This document shows, piece by piece, positions 20,570 to 34,442 of a DNA stretch of 64,000 bases. Position numbers and translations under genes: made by a program. Positions within the stretch are counted from its first letter, which is position 1, and every line of letters begins with the position of its first letter. The stretch spans positions 16,121 through 80,120 of the forward strand of contig CAMAPH010000008.1 in NCBI GenBank assembly GCA_945859975.1, in the 5' to 3' direction. The notes beneath the pieces were generated by a model. That model was not told where the DNA came from. It did no database searches and saw only the letters and a list, made by a program, of their open reading frames with translations. The DNA is from Chthonomonas calidirosea. GTDB taxonomy: Bacteria > Armatimonadota > Fimbriimonadia > Fimbriimonadales > Fimbriimonadaceae.

Positions 20570-21356
20570 AGATCAATTTTAGGAGACGCCACCATTCTTC
20601 GTTGGTCAATTCTTGTGGACGCGCCCGCGGGGAAATCTCCAGCTCAACCAACCAATCGGCAATCTCGGCCTTAGATTTTCGCAATCCGGTCGCCAGGTTG
20701 TTCTCCAGGGTTTTCCGACGCTGCGCAAATCCGATGTTCAGCGCCTTTCCTAGCCCCTTTCTGTCCGACTGGGAGACTGAGCGGGGAGTGAAGCGCAAAA
20801 CCACGCTATCGACCTTTGGAGGGGGGAAAAAGGCGTCTGGCGGCACGTCAGCCACGCGGGAAATCTCAAAACCGCATTGCATCGCCACAGAAAGCCCGCC
20901 GCGCTCGCTTCCTCCCGCGGGCGAAAGAATGCGATCACCGACTTCCCGCTGCATCATTAGAACCGCCCGATCAAGTTCTCCCGCCAATTCTTCAATCCGG
21001 CCGAGCAACGGGCCGGTGATGTAGTACGGCATGTTCGAAACGATGACCAAAGGCTTGGGCATCGCGGAAACAATCTCGGGCAGATTCAGCTTCAGCGCAT
21101 CTCCCCAAGTCACCGGAACGCGCGGCGCACACACAGAAAGCGGTTTTGCCATCCGCTCATCGAGTTCGACGGCGTGAACGTGTTCGAAAGCATCCGACAA
21201 GGGACGCGTCAAAATGCCGGGGCCAGGGCCGATTTCGAGGATCGATCCGGCACCATCGCAAGCGTCCAAGATGGCGGACACCGCTGGCGCGGAGATCAAA
21301 AAGTGTTGCCCAAAGCTCTTATCTGCTTTGAGCTGGTGCCGCTTGAGAAACGGCAC
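20538..21356 (-). CDS. rsmA: 16S rRNA adenine dimethyltransferase
   Basis: GQHFL, EIGPGPG.LT, SNMPYYIT, MMQREV, F.PPPKVDS, QRRKTL.N. Confidence 0.95.
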   Translation of the reverse strand: MPFLKRHQLKADKSFGQHFLISAPAVSAILDACDGAGSILEIGPGPGILTRPLSDAFEHVHAVELDERMAKPLSVCAPRVPVTWGDALKLNLPEIVSAMPKPLVIVSNMPYYITGPLLGRIEELAGELDRAVLMMQREVGDRILSPAGGSERGGLSVAMQCGFEISRVADVPPDAFFPPPKVDSVVLRFTPRSVSQSDRKGLGKALNIGFAQRRKTLENNLATGLRKSKAEIADWLVELEISPRARPQELTNEEWWRLLKLICERVPGFWPV

Positions 21357-21378
21357 CAGTTCGTCAACCGACCATATT

Positions 21379-22008
21379 CTAGGAGGCTGACTTGAGTACG
21401 TGGACCGTCACCTTTCGGCGTCCAAAGGAGAAGGCTCGAGCCCGAGAATCGTAACAAAGATCGATTTTCTTGCCCTTGATTGCTCCGCCGGTGTCGGAAG
21501 CTAAAGCAAAGCCATAGCCTTCGATGTAGAGCAGCGAACCGAGCGGAATGACTCTAGGGTCTACGGCAACGTGACCAAACTTGGCACGATGGCCAAGCTT
21601 CGTTCGGCCAGAACCGCCTCTTGGGTTCGGATCGTAGGCACTGGCGCTCATGTTGATGACCGACCCGCGTACGAACGAACCACGACTGGTTGGAAAACCA
21701 GCTCGACTAATCAGGAATACGGTGTCTTTGGCCGGAGTTTTAGTCTCCGAAACGAGTTTGTATTCGACGGGTTGGTCGTTGACATAGGTGACAACGAAGT
21801 TTCTTTCAATCGAACCTACGGTTCCATCCTGAATCTTGCGGATGGCGCCCGGTCGGAGCGATCGATCGAATTGATAACGAACGGTGGGTTTGATCTCCGT
21901 TCGCCGGACCTCAGTCCTGGTTTTTTCTTCGGACGTTCCAGCAAATGCCATTCCGGCAAAAGCTAGAAGCCCTATAAGCAAACTCCCTTTCGGTGAGCAG
22001 TTGCGCAT
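21379..22008 (-). CDS. G5 + 3D domain cell-wall protein (YabE/Sps-like)
   Basis: ASAY, AVDPRVIPLGS.LYIEGYG...A.DTGGAIKG.KIDL; G5-like middle; AGGAGG before ATG 22008. Confidence 0.88.
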   Translation of the reverse strand: MRNCSPKGSLLIGLLAFAGMAFAGTSEEKTRTEVRRTEIKPTVRYQFDRSLRPGAIRKIQDGTVGSIERNFVVTYVNDQPVEYKLVSETKTPAKDTVFLISRAGFPTSRGSFVRGSVINMSASAYDPNPRGGSGRTKLGHRAKFGHVAVDPRVIPLGSLLYIEGYGFALASDTGGAIKGKKIDLCYDSRARAFSFGRRKVTVHVLKSAS

Positions 22009-22082
22009 TCGGTACCTCCTGCTTGGCTGCAAAGCCTATGGCTAAGCGACGAGTCATAGTACCAAACAATTGCCTCAAATGT

Positions 22083-22945
22083 CTACTTTCTGCGAATGAC
22101 GGATACCAGACAGGGCGTGTTTTCGGCCGTGGTGATGAGAGATTTGCCGTCTGCTGAGTACGCAATTCCCTCGCCCTGAAGGTCCAAATTAGTCCGAATC
22201 GCCATCGGCTCCTTCTTGGTCCAGCCGGCTGCACCCGCCGAAATATCCCACTCGTAAGCCGACATATAGGTTCGAAGCGCGAGGAATTTCCCATCTGGCG
22301 ACACCGCTCCGCCTGTCACCATGCGCGATTCTTTGATGAATCCGCCCAGGTCCACTTCCCCAACAAAAGTCAGCGTCTGAATTCCCTTGGTTTTCTCGAG
22401 CGAACCTTTGAAAACTTTTGATTTCCCCTTCTGCATTTTCACGCAAATCTGGAATTCTCGACCGCCGGGCATGATCAAAAGTGCCTCAGCATTGTAGGCA
22501 TCGGGATAAACAAACTCGACCTTTTCGGCGAATTCGACCTCCTTAACCTGGTCATCCGGCTCCTTGACGATGTACAGAACGAGCGACTTTCTTTTGCGCC
22601 CATTGTTTCCAATGTCACCAATGGCCAGGTACTTCTCGCCATCTCGCTCGAAGCTCGCGATGTCTTCCCAATCTTGCGCGGTCGCGCCCTTTACGCGGAC
22701 TTCCTGGGTGACCTTGCCGTCTTCGGTAAACCGGTAAAAGCGGGGATAGTCACCGCTGTCGTTGTGGGTGAAATAGGTACCGGGATACCGAAGGCTCGCC
22801 GCCACGCCAGAAGATTCTTTAACCCGGGGGTCCTTGATTAAGCACAGAGTTTCTGGCCGGAGGTAGGTCCGATCCATCCTTTCGTCGGGGGAAAACCCGC
22901 ACCCGGCGGCGAGCAAAACCGATGCCGCAAAGATGGGGCTAACTC

Positions 22946-22949
<4 letters not shown>
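22083..22949 (-). CDS. Lipoprotein, probable beta-propeller (SdiA-regulated/phytase-like)
   Basis: Lipobox LAAGC; ESSG, THNDSG, DWEDI, GDIGNN, NAEAL, LRTY, QGEGI. Confidence 0.7.
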
Positions 22950-25842
<2,893 letters not shown>

Positions 25843-26352
25843 TCAAACCAAGTCGGAATCGACGTCGAGCAATTCATCCGCGACGTAAATCGGTGCTTCG
25901 AATCGTAGGGCCATCGCGATGGCGTCGGAAGGGCGCGAGTCAATCTCAACTTCGGCGTTTCCAGACTGCAGGTACATCTTCGCATAATAGACCGCGTTCC
26001 AGAAGTCGTCAATCACGACTCGGTCGATATCGCAACCAACGCGATCCAGGATGTTCTTGATCAGATCGTGCGTCTGCGGCCGATCCGGCCGCTTCTGCTC
26101 GATGATGTACATGATCGCGTTGCTTTCCGATGCCCCAATCAGAATTGGGAGTTTTCTCACTCCGTCGGTCAGGAGCACAAAGTGAGAGATCCGGCCCTTG
26201 GTTTCGGCACCAAAGACGCCCTGCACGGAAACCTCTACAAGCTCGCCAAAGTTTCCTGGCTCACGCTCCGGATTCGACCCGCTATAGGGGAAAAACGAAG
26301 GCGGCGTCTCTAGGCCTTCGCCACCTTCTCCACCCTCGTACTCCTCTGCCAT
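25843..26352 (-). CDS. Bifunctional nuclease family (DUF151)
   Basis: LPILIG..E..AI, RP.THDL, ID.RPSDAIA.A. Confidence 0.9.
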   Translation of the reverse strand: MAEEYEGGEGGEGLETPPSFFPYSGSNPEREPGNFGELVEVSVQGVFGAETKGRISHFVLLTDGVRKLPILIGASESNAIMYIIEQKRPDRPQTHDLIKNILDRVGCDIDRVVIDDFWNAVYYAKMYLQSGNAEVEIDSRPSDAIAMALRFEAPIYVADELLDVDSDLV

Positions 26353-26386
26353 CGAACGTAGGTTACCCGCCGCTCAACCGGCTCTT

Positions 26387-27766
26387 CTAGACCGTTGCCT
26401 TAGTTCTTGCGATGACGGATTCGAGGAAGATGTTGTTCGTCGGCGTGCGCTTCAGGAGCTTGATGAGACCTTCAGTAGCTTCCACCGAATTGTTCTCCTT
26501 TGCCATGAGTCGGCGAAGCTGAACAACACCTTCGAGTTCAATCTTCTCGAAGAGCAATTCTTCGTGTCGAGTGGAGGAACGTCGAATGTCGACGGCCGGC
26601 CAGATTCTTCGTTCTGACAAATCACGGTCAAGGACGATTTCCATGTTGCCGGTTCCCTTCAGTTCTTCGAAGATCGCTTCATCCATCTTCGATCCTGTCT
26701 CCACGAGAACCGAAGCGACGATCGTGAGAGATCCGCCTTCTTCGATGTTTCGCGCGGCGCCGAAGAATCGACGTGGGCGATAAAGTGCCGCTGGGTCCAA
26801 ACCTCCCGTAAGGGTTCTTCCAGAAGGATTGATGGTCAAGTTGGATGCTCGCGAAAGTCGAGTGAGCGAGTCGAGCAGAATGACAACGTCTCGACCGGCT
26901 TCGACCAATCGCTTGGCCTGTTCGAGGCAAAGATCGGTCACTCGCATGTGATTCTCGGCGGGCTCATCGAAGGTCGATGAAATGACCTGACCGCGAACCG
27001 ACCGCTTCATGTCCGTGACTTCTTCTGGCCGCTCATCAACGAGCAGAACCATCAAAGCAACTTCGGGATGGTTGATGCCGATTGCGTTGGCAATCGACTT
27101 CATCATCGTCGTCTTTCCGGCCTTTGGCGGAGAAACGATGAGGCCGCGCTGGCCCTTTCCGATTGGAGATATCAGATCAACAATTCGCGTCGCGATGTTG
27201 TCTGGTCCGGTCTCCATCACTAGCTTTTCATTAGGGAAAAGCGGGGTGAGTTCGTCGAAGTTCTTGCGGCGCTGCATCTCGGGGCTCTTGGATGCAATGC
27301 CGTTCACGCCTTCGACACGCAGAAGGGCGGGATACTTTTCGCCTTCTCGTGGTAATCGGACTTGGCAGAAGACCGTGTCTCCGGGCTTCAGGTTCGCTTT
27401 CTTGATCGCCGCGCCACCGATGTAAACATCCGATGGGGTCTGGTGGTAGTCGTCCTTGCGAAGGAATCCGTAACCATCAGGAAGGACTTCGAGAATGCCG
27501 TACGCGTAGTTGGAATCTGGGTTAACCAGTTGGAGGAGCCTTTCGATCAGCTCATGTCGCAGCAAGGTTTTCGGGTCGAGTTTGGCGGCTTTGGCTTCCT
27601 TGAGGAGGGCAGCCGGGGTCATTTGGTCGAAGAAGTTGTAATCCTTCTCCGGTAGTAGCTGCTCAATCTCCTGCTCGTTGGTCTGCGGAAGTCCGGGTCG
27701 CTGATTCTGATTTCCACGTCGGCGACGTCCGCCCTCTTGCTTACGAGGTCTGAAACTATGGGTCAT
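26387..27766 (-). CDS. rho: Transcription termination factor Rho
   Basis: [40 protein letters not shown]. Confidence 0.98.
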   Translation of the reverse strand: MTHSFRPRKQEGGRRRRGNQNQRPGLPQTNEQEIEQLLPEKDYNFFDQMTPAALLKEAKAAKLDPKTLLRHELIERLLQLVNPDSNYAYGILEVLPDGYGFLRKDDYHQTPSDVYIGGAAIKKANLKPGDTVFCQVRLPREGEKYPALLRVEGVNGIASKSPEMQRRKNFDELTPLFPNEKLVMETGPDNIATRIVDLISPIGKGQRGLIVSPPKAGKTTMMKSIANAIGINHPEVALMVLLVDERPEEVTDMKRSVRGQVISSTFDEPAENHMRVTDLCLEQAKRLVEAGRDVVILLDSLTRLSRASNLTINPSGRTLTGGLDPAALYRPRRFFGAARNIEEGGSLTIVASVLVETGSKMDEAIFEELKGTGNMEIVLDRDLSERRIWPAVDIRRSSTRHEELLFEKIELEGVVQLRRLMAKENNSVEATEGLIKLLKRTPTNNIFLESVIARTKATV

Positions 27767-27825
27767 ATGATTTGCCTGGAATGTTGTGGCTTGCGTCTTC
27801 TGTTTCCGCTTCAGCGTGCTAGACG

Positions 27826-28428
27826 CTAACCAGCGAAGAGTTCAGGTTGGGAGTTATCGTCCTGATTCCGAAGGATTGCGATGTACGGCAGATTGCGATA
27901 TCGCTCGCCGTAATCGAGTCCGTATCCTACCACGAACTCATTCGGAATTTCGAAACCTACGTAGTCGACCTGTGCGTCGACGCGGTGTGCATCTGGTTTA
28001 GAGAGCAGCGCGGCAATTCGCAGAGTCTTCGGCTTTCGTGTGAGGAGGAGTTCCCTCAAGTGGTTCACCGTTGTTCCGGTGTCCACAATGTCCTCCACTA
28101 GTATAACGTTAAGACCGGCAATATTGATGTCCAAATCTTTCCGAATCTGAACCAAGCCAGTCGTTTCACGTGCACCGTGGTAGCTGCTGGCTTGAAGAAA
28201 GTCCAGTTGGCTATCCAAACGGAGGTGTCGTGCCAGGTCGGAAAGGAAGTGGATGGACCCCTTAAGAATGCCAACCAAGAGCACCGATTCGCCTTCAAAA
28301 TCAGCTTCGATCTGCCGCGCCATCTCGGCAACCTTCGCCGTGATCGCCGCGTTGTCGATCAAGACTTCGGTGTTTTGCTCAATCGCAAATACAGGTTCAT
28401 TTCCCATTTTTTGACTACTCAAGTTCAA
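27826..28428 (-). CDS. hpt: Hypoxanthine phosphoribosyltransferase
   Basis: LKGS, ASSY, VEDIVDTG.T, FVVGYGLDY.ERYRNLPY. Confidence 0.96.
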   Translation of the reverse strand: MNLSSQKMGNEPVFAIEQNTEVLIDNAAITAKVAEMARQIEADFEGESVLLVGILKGSIHFLSDLARHLRLDSQLDFLQASSYHGARETTGLVQIRKDLDINIAGLNVILVEDIVDTGTTVNHLRELLLTRKPKTLRIAALLSKPDAHRVDAQVDYVGFEIPNEFVVGYGLDYGERYRNLPYIAILRNQDDNSQPELFAG

Positions 28429-29938
28429 TCGTCGCCGGTGGCTTGCTGGTGAGATCGTAGAACACGCGGTTCACCCCATCGACCTCGTTTACGATCCGCG
28501 TTGCAATGTGCTCAAGAGTTGCAAACGGAATGTTGACCGCCCGGGCCGTCATCGCGTCCTCACTCTCCACGGCTCGAAGCACAATCGGCTGCTCGTATGT
28601 TCGCTCGTCTCCCATCACGCCGACGCTTCGAACGTCGAGCAGCGCGGCGTACGACTGCCAAATTCCAACGTGCTGATTCCGCGCCCGAAGCTCGCTACGG
28701 AAAATCCAGTCTGCGTCTTGGGTCATTCGTACGCGTTCTCGGGTGACTTCTCCCAAAACTCGAACGGCGAGCCCAGGTCCTGGGAACGGTTCTCGATCCA
28801 CCATGTCATCAGGCAGGCCCAGCTTTCGCCCGACTTCCCGAACTTCGTCTTTGAACAACCACCGCAGTGGCTCAATCAGCTTGAGCTGCATCCAGTCCGG
28901 CAAACCGCCAACGTTATGGTGAGTCTTGATCTTCGCCGCCGTAGGTGAGCCGCTTTCGATAACGTCAGGATAAAGCGTTCCTTGTGCCAAGAAGTCACAG
29001 CCCGCAAGCTCGGATGCGTGGTCTTCAAAGACCCGAACAAACTGCTCTCCGACGATCTTGCGCTTCCGCTCTGGTTCGGTCACTCCAGCCAGTGCGCCAA
29101 AGAATCGATCCGATTCTTCGAAGACCTTAAAGTTGCCGCCAAAGTGATTCTGGAAAGTCTCCGCAACTTGCGCGCCTTCGCCCTTTCGCAAAAGACCATG
29201 GTCAACGAAGACGCAAACTGCCCGCTCGCCAATGGCTCGAATCAGCAACGCAGCCATTACGCTGGAGTCGACGCCGCCCGAGACTGCACAAAGCACCTTC
29301 CCGGTTGGTCCAACTTGCTCTTGGATCGCCGCAACCTGCTGCTCGATAAACGATTCGCTGGTCCAATCTGGCTTCAAATCCGCGACATCAAATAGGAATC
29401 GTCGCAGCAGCTCTTTGCCAGATGGCGTGTGGCTGACCTCGGGGTGGAACTGAATCCCGTACTTGCGCGTCAACGGATTCTGCATCGACGCGACCGGGCA
29501 CGTGGTCGTGCTAGACGTGATCGAAAACCCAGCAGGCACGGCAACAACCTGATCGCCGTGGCTCATCCAAACCGTCGTGCTGGCCAAATCTCCGACGAAG
29601 CCCTCCGCATTCTCAAGCACCCGGAGGCCGTACTCCTTGAGCGAAGCCGATTCAACTTCCCCGCCAAGCCGGTACGCCATCAGCTGGTGCCCGTAGCAAA
29701 TGCCCAAGACCGGAATGTCTTCGAGCAAGCCAAAGTCGATGGTCGGCGCATCGGCCCCAAGGACTGAGCGAGGTCCACCGCTCAGGACAACGGCATCCGG
29801 CTTAAGCGCACGAATCCTATCCCCGGCGGCGGTCCACGGGATCATCTCGGAGTAAACGCCAAACTCACGGATTCTTCGAACGATGAGCTGCGTGTACTGG
29901 CCGCCAAAATCGATGACGTAAACGGTCTGATGGGCCAT
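28415..29938 (-). CDS. guaA: GMP synthase (glutamine-hydrolysing)
   Basis: DFGGQY, GICYG, QFHPEV, SGGVDS, IKTHHNVGGLP, KPPATIE. Confidence 0.98.
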   Translation of the reverse strand: MAHQTVYVIDFGGQYTQLIVRRIREFGVYSEMIPWTAAGDRIRALKPDAVVLSGGPRSVLGADAPTIDFGLLEDIPVLGICYGHQLMAYRLGGEVESASLKEYGLRVLENAEGFVGDLASTTVWMSHGDQVVAVPAGFSITSSTTTCPVASMQNPLTRKYGIQFHPEVSHTPSGKELLRRFLFDVADLKPDWTSESFIEQQVAAIQEQVGPTGKVLCAVSGGVDSSVMAALLIRAIGERAVCVFVDHGLLRKGEGAQVAETFQNHFGGNFKVFEESDRFFGALAGVTEPERKRKIVGEQFVRVFEDHASELAGCDFLAQGTLYPDVIESGSPTAAKIKTHHNVGGLPDWMQLKLIEPLRWLFKDEVREVGRKLGLPDDMVDREPFPGPGLAVRVLGEVTRERVRMTQDADWIFRSELRARNQHVGIWQSYAALLDVRSVGVMGDERTYEQPIVLRAVESEDAMTARAVNIPFATLEHIATRIVNEVDGVNRVFYDLTSKPPATIELE

Positions 29939-29960
29939 TAATCCTTACGATTGTGGCGAA

Positions 29961-30995
29961 TCATCCGCCCGTGGTGCCGCGCTTGTCTCGAAACCGCTGG
30001 GTTTTTGGATTTTTTGCGTCCCACTCCGGGGCAACCGTCGCGTCTGCAACCGTAAGGACCGTCCATCCAACGAACTTCACGATCTTCTCCATGTTCGCGT
30101 AGTCGAGCTTTTCCCAGTGATCGCCAACCTTGTGATAGTCCGCAAATGAGAACGCCGTGCAAATGGTGTGAGCTGGAACTCCGGCCATTGCGAGAGCCGC
30201 GTTGTCACTCGCGACAAAGTACGCGTCGCTGAACTGCGGGTGCTTCTGAACTTCAACGCCCGACACCTTACCGACGGACTTCATCCAATCTCCCAGCGTC
30301 GAAAAGTCAGCGCCAGTGACCGACACCGCATTCACTCGAGGCCCCTCGCTGTCATCCGTTCGCCCAATCTGCTCAAGGTTGATATCGGCAACGGTCTTTG
30401 CCAGCGGGAATACCGGGGTCTTCGCATATTCGCGGCTACCCAAAAGCCCTCGCTCTTCGCCCCAAAATGCCATGAAAACGATGGTCCGCTTTGGCTTGAG
30501 CTTGGCAGTGCCGAAAGCGCTCGCAAGCTCAATCAAGCCGGAGGTTCCGCTGGCATTATCGTTCGCACCGTTAAAAATCAGATCCCCTTCTCCCGTCTTC
30601 TTGACCCCAAGGTGATCGTAGTGCGCGGTAACCAAAACGTATGTGTCTTTCAGCTTCGGGTCGGTGCCGGGCAAAATGCCGATGACGTTCTTAACCTTCT
30701 TGTCCTCGAACGTGAACTCTTGGAAGTACGAGCCCGTTGGCAATTCGCTGAGTCCCGCTCGGCGGTAGGCCGCAGCAATGTATTCGGCTGCCGCATCCAG
30801 ACCAACCGATGGCGTTCCTCGGCCGGCCAGGGCATCGCTAGCCAAAAACGCTACGTGCCCTTTCAGGCTCTGTGAAGTGACCGTATCGATTGCGCGCTTG
30901 TAATCTTTGTTATCAACCGGTACGGTTTGCGCGATGCCGAGGCTGGTCGCAAGACCGAGAACAAGGGCGGGGAGAAAAGTACGCCGAAACACCAT
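29961..30995 (-). CDS. M28 family metallopeptidase, secreted
   Basis: Signal peptide; AHYDHLG, NGANDNASG, GEERGLLGS, SDN, YH..GD. Confidence 0.92.
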   Translation of the reverse strand: MVFRRTFLPALVLGLATSLGIAQTVPVDNKDYKRAIDTVTSQSLKGHVAFLASDALAGRGTPSVGLDAAAEYIAAAYRRAGLSELPTGSYFQEFTFEDKKVKNVIGILPGTDPKLKDTYVLVTAHYDHLGVKKTGEGDLIFNGANDNASGTSGLIELASAFGTAKLKPKRTIVFMAFWGEERGLLGSREYAKTPVFPLAKTVADINLEQIGRTDDSEGPRVNAVSVTGADFSTLGDWMKSVGKVSGVEVQKHPQFSDAYFVASDNAALAMAGVPAHTICTAFSFADYHKVGDHWEKLDYANMEKIVKFVGWTVLTVADATVAPEWDAKNPKTQRFRDKRGTTGG

Positions 30996-31004
30996 TCAGG
31001 CATT

Positions 31005-31769
31005 CTATTCCGGTTTCTGCTGCTTGATCGTAAGGATAGTCACCAAACGCCGTTCATAAGGCTCTTTTCCAGTCGGAAAGACCTTGTCCACCGAAACCGC
31101 CCGAATTTTTGCCAGAGTGACCGATCGCGTCTTCCGGTCGAAAGTCGCCGTTCCGTCTCCGGTAATCGTGGACTCCACCCTTCGGGCACCCGGAGCTTCG
31201 GCTTCGAGCGCGTTTCCGGTCTGGTCCTCAAATCCATCCACCGTCTGGGCGATTTTCACGGCCATCTCCACGCGCTCTTCCAGAATCTTGGTGGGCGTCA
31301 CCGTGTATTTTGCTTGGCTCCCGTTGAACGCCTTCTCGAACGTAAACGGGATGTTCAGCTTGACCTCCGCGGCCGGAAACTCCAGCGGCAAATACGTAAT
31401 GTCCGGAAACTTCTGCGAGTCCAGGCCCGGCAAGCGCACCGGAAGCTTGGTTTTCGGCGCATCCGTCGACTCCACCTTTCCGCTTCGCGTGGCAACCACG
31501 GTGGTCGGCGGGAAGAAACCTTGAATGTTCTTCTCTGTGAACGGCAACTCGGCGCCATCCAGGCTCATGCGAAACTTTTCGATTGTGCTGAGCGCTTGGA
31601 GCTTCTTTTCTGGAGCCTCCTGACCATCGACCCGAACCAGAAACTCCACCTTCGCCTTCGATTCCCGCCCCCCAAGAATGGGAACGTAGCCATCGAACTC
31701 GACCGACACATCAAACCGCTGCATAGACCCGGCAACGATGCCGTACGCCAAGATCATAAGCGGCCTCAT
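31005..31769 (-). CDS. Hypothetical protein (probably exported)
   Basis: 254-aa ORF overlapping the upstream stop by 4 nt; hydrophobic N-terminus. Confidence 0.7.
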   Translation of the reverse strand: MRPLMILAYGIVAGSMQRFDVSVEFDGYVPILGGRESKAKVEFLVRVDGQEAPEKKLQALSTIEKFRMSLDGAELPFTEKNIQGFFPPTTVVATRSGKVESTDAPKTKLPVRLPGLDSQKFPDITYLPLEFPAAEVKLNIPFTFEKAFNGSQAKYTVTPTKILEERVEMAVKIAQTVDGFEDQTGNALEAEAPGARRVESTITGDGTATFDRKTRSVTLAKIRAVSVDKVFPTGKEPYERRLVTILTIKQQKPE

Positions 31770-32977
31770 CCCACGCTCCGACGGTGCCGCAGCGGCACAA
31801 CGGGCATGCCAAGGCCCTCACCTGGCGCGGTCGCCACGTTCAGAATCCGATCCAAAATCACCTTCACTGCCCCCGAAATCGGAAAGGCCAAAACCATTCC
31901 CGGCAATCCGAACAACGCCTGCCCCGCCATCACGACGAAGATCGACAAAACCGGACTCAAACCAACCGACTCGCCCACCACATTCGGCACGACGAACGTG
32001 TCAAACGAGGCCCCGATCAGCATGTAAATGATCGCCACCAAGATGCCGTACAGCCATGGATTCCCAACGCTGAACATCGCATTCCCCGCAACGCCCGTAA
32101 AGCCCATCAAGACGAAAATGCAAAACGCCGTGATGAAATTCCCGATGATCGGAATCAGATAAAACGCCCCGAAAACGATCCCGAGCAGGATCGAATAGGG
32201 CAAGCCCAAGAAGGTCAAAACAATCGTCTGAACGATCGTGAAGTACACGATGAGCAAGCTCATGCCCCGGAGGTAGCCGAAGAAAACGTCCGAAACGTCA
32301 CGCGCAATCGAAAGCGTTTGGTTGCGAATCGAAGGTGGAATCCACTTCGGCGACTTCTGCCGGAGGTTGTCCATCTCAAACAAAATCATCATCACGATGA
32401 CCGGAATGAGGAACACCACAAAGAACTGCGACAGCAATCCAGTGAGCAAGCCAAAGAACGAATCGAACGCGCCCTGAACAAAATCCGCGATCTTTTGCCG
32501 GTTAGAGTTGAAATACCGGTCGATCAGACCGCGTCGAGTGGAAGGCAACCCAGCTTGCTCGAGGGTCGTGCCATACCGCTGCAGAATCTTGTCCAGCTGG
32601 CCGGAGGGCGTATCTTCTCTCTCCGTAATCGTGACCGGCTGCCAGCGGACGAAGTAGTTGTCCCGCTCGCCATCCTCAATGATCGTGCGCGTGAGGTCTT
32701 GCGCCTTGATCGAAACGCCCGCAATTTGCCGAACCACCGTCGGCGCAGCCAAAGCGACCACGACTCCGACGATGATGAAGAACGTGGCAATGGTGCCGAT
32801 GACGGCAACGCGTTTTGGCACCCCTCGAGCCGAGAGCTTTCGAATCAGCGGCTCAAGCAGCGCCGCAATCGCGACCGAGAGAACGAACGGGAATAAAACG
32901 CCCCGGACGAGCCACAAAAACACAAGTGCGGCGATAACCACCGCACTCCATATCGCAACTCGCCAGCCGGGCTTCAC
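31766..32977 (-). CDS. AI-2E (PerM) family transporter
   Basis: PF..S..IA.LL.P, YLRG, IP.IG, VPNVVG..VGLSP, G..LFG..G..LA.P. Confidence 0.9.
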   Translation of the reverse strand: MKPGWRVAIWSAVVIAALVFLWLVRGVLFPFVLSVAIAALLEPLIRKLSARGVPKRVAVIGTIATFFIIVGVVVALAAPTVVRQIAGVSIKAQDLTRTIIEDGERDNYFVRWQPVTITEREDTPSGQLDKILQRYGTTLEQAGLPSTRRGLIDRYFNSNRQKIADFVQGAFDSFFGLLTGLLSQFFVVFLIPVIVMMILFEMDNLRQKSPKWIPPSIRNQTLSIARDVSDVFFGYLRGMSLLIVYFTIVQTIVLTFLGLPYSILLGIVFGAFYLIPIIGNFITAFCIFVLMGFTGVAGNAMFSVGNPWLYGILVAIIYMLIGASFDTFVVPNVVGESVGLSPVLSIFVVMAGQALFGLPGMVLAFPISGAVKVILDRILNVATAPGEGLGMPVVPLRHRRSVG

Positions 32978-32983
32978 GACAGA

Positions 32984-33214
32984 TTAAACGCCGAGCTCTT
33001 CGGGAGCGGCCTGTTCAATCTTCTTTCGGTTCTCGGCAACCCACTCTTCGGTCTTTGCCTTGATTTCCTTCAGCTTTTCGTTCAGCTCGCTTCGGAGTTC
33101 ATCGCCTGCCTTAGGAGCAAAAAGAATGCCCGCAGCCGCGCCGATGATGGCTCCCAGGCCAACGCCTGCGAGTAGGTAAAGCATATTGTTCTGGTTGTTT
33201 TGCTCTTGACTCAT
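32984..33214 (-). CDS. YtxH domain protein
   Basis: GAIIGAAAGILFAPKAG.ELR; GGAGG before ATG 33214. Confidence 0.88.
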   Translation of the reverse strand: MSQEQNNQNNMLYLLAGVGLGAIIGAAAGILFAPKAGDELRSELNEKLKEIKAKTEEWVAENRKKIEQAAPEELGV

Positions 33215-33302
33215 TTGAAATTTCCTCCTCCGGGGAACCCGGAGTGATTCATTACACCCTAAAACTCCGCAATAACCAAGCACAGCGACCTAACGCTGGG
33301 CC

Positions 33303-34433
33303 TTATTCGGTTGCCACGAGTTCCGGGGCCGTTCGGGTTAGACGCACGCCGCCAACGATCGTTCCGCCAGCCGCAACCGACTTCCCACGATACGCCACCG
33401 CGATCTGACCCGGCGTTACCGCACGAACCGGCTCCCTAAACACAAGCTTCGGCTTCTCACCGCCCACCAACATTGCCGGTTGCGGAGCCATGTTGTAACG
33501 AATCTTGGCTTCCACCGAAACCGGCTTACCCGAATCCGCCACCGAGCCCCAATACATGTCCTCGAGCTCAACCTCGGACCGCAGAAGCTCGCCCTCTTCC
33601 CCAACCACCACGCGGCCCGTCTTCGGCTGCAAGTCCAAAACGTACAACGGCCGACCGGATCTGCTCGCAATCCGCACTCCGCGTCGCTGGCCAATCGTAA
33701 AGCCCGCTGTGCCTTCGTGCTCGCCCAGCGTCTCGCCCTCGGTGGTCACAACTTCCCCGGCTTTGAAAATCTCCGGCCGCTGCTTTCGTAGGAACTCCGC
33801 GTACCCACCCGCTTCGCTGACGAAGCAAATCTCCTGACTGTCCGGCTTATCCGCAAGGTGCAAGCCCAAATCATGCGCTAGGCTCCGAACGTAAGCCTTG
33901 CTCGGCATTTCTCCCATCGGGAACCACGTATTGCGAAGCTGATCCTGGTCCAGCATGTAAAGCACGTAGCTCTGATCCTTATCCTGAGCCCGAGATCGGA
34001 GCAACCGGAATCGTCCCGTGTTGGCGTTCTGGCGAATCCGAGCGTAGTGCCCGGTCACAAGCTTGTCGCAGCCAAGCTCCTTCATCTTCTGCATCAGCAC
34101 TTCAAACTTCACGTGCTTGTTGCACTGCACACACGGGTTCGGAGTTCGACCCGCGGCGTACTCGTCAATGAAGTTCTCAATCACGTTCTGCCGGAACTCT
34201 TCCCGGAAGTTCATGACGTAGTGCGGAAAGTCCAGTACTCGCGCAACGCGCCGAGCATCTTCAACCGCCCCCAATGAACAACAACCCGCATGGCGCGGAT
34301 CAGTCTGGCTCTCCTGCCAAATCTGCATCGTCAGGCCAATAACGTCGTAACCGCGACGCTTCAAAAGCGCCGCGGCTACCGAGCTATCCACTCCGCCAGA
34401 CATGGCCACAAGGACCGTTGGTTTCTTCGCTAT
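33303..34433 (-). CDS. mnmA: tRNA 2-thiouridine(34) synthase (probable ATA start at 34433)
   Basis: VLVAMSGGVDSS, GRTPNPC..CN, TGHYAR, KDQSY, KPDSQEICF, TIGQRRG, TPGQ. Confidence 0.96.
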   Translation of the reverse strand: MAKKPTVLVAMSGGVDSSVAAALLKRRGYDVIGLTMQIWQESQTDPRHAGCCSLGAVEDARRVARVLDFPHYVMNFREEFRQNVIENFIDEYAAGRTPNPCVQCNKHVKFEVLMQKMKELGCDKLVTGHYARIRQNANTGRFRLLRSRAQDKDQSYVLYMLDQDQLRNTWFPMGEMPSKAYVRSLAHDLGLHLADKPDSQEICFVSEAGGYAEFLRKQRPEIFKAGEVVTTEGETLGEHEGTAGFTIGQRRGVRIASRSGRPLYVLDLQPKTGRVVVGEEGELLRSEVELEDMYWGSVADSGKPVSVEAKIRYNMAPQPAMLVGGEKPKLVFREPVRAVTPGQIAVAYRGKSVAAGGTIVGGVRLTRTAPELVATE

Positions 34434-34442
34434 CGTTTGCTC

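Noticed and set aside
30927..32896. 366-aa and 370-aa plus-strand ORFs
   Set aside because: Antisense to coherent minus-strand genes; Arg/His-rich shadow composition, favoured by the local scarcity of T on the plus strand
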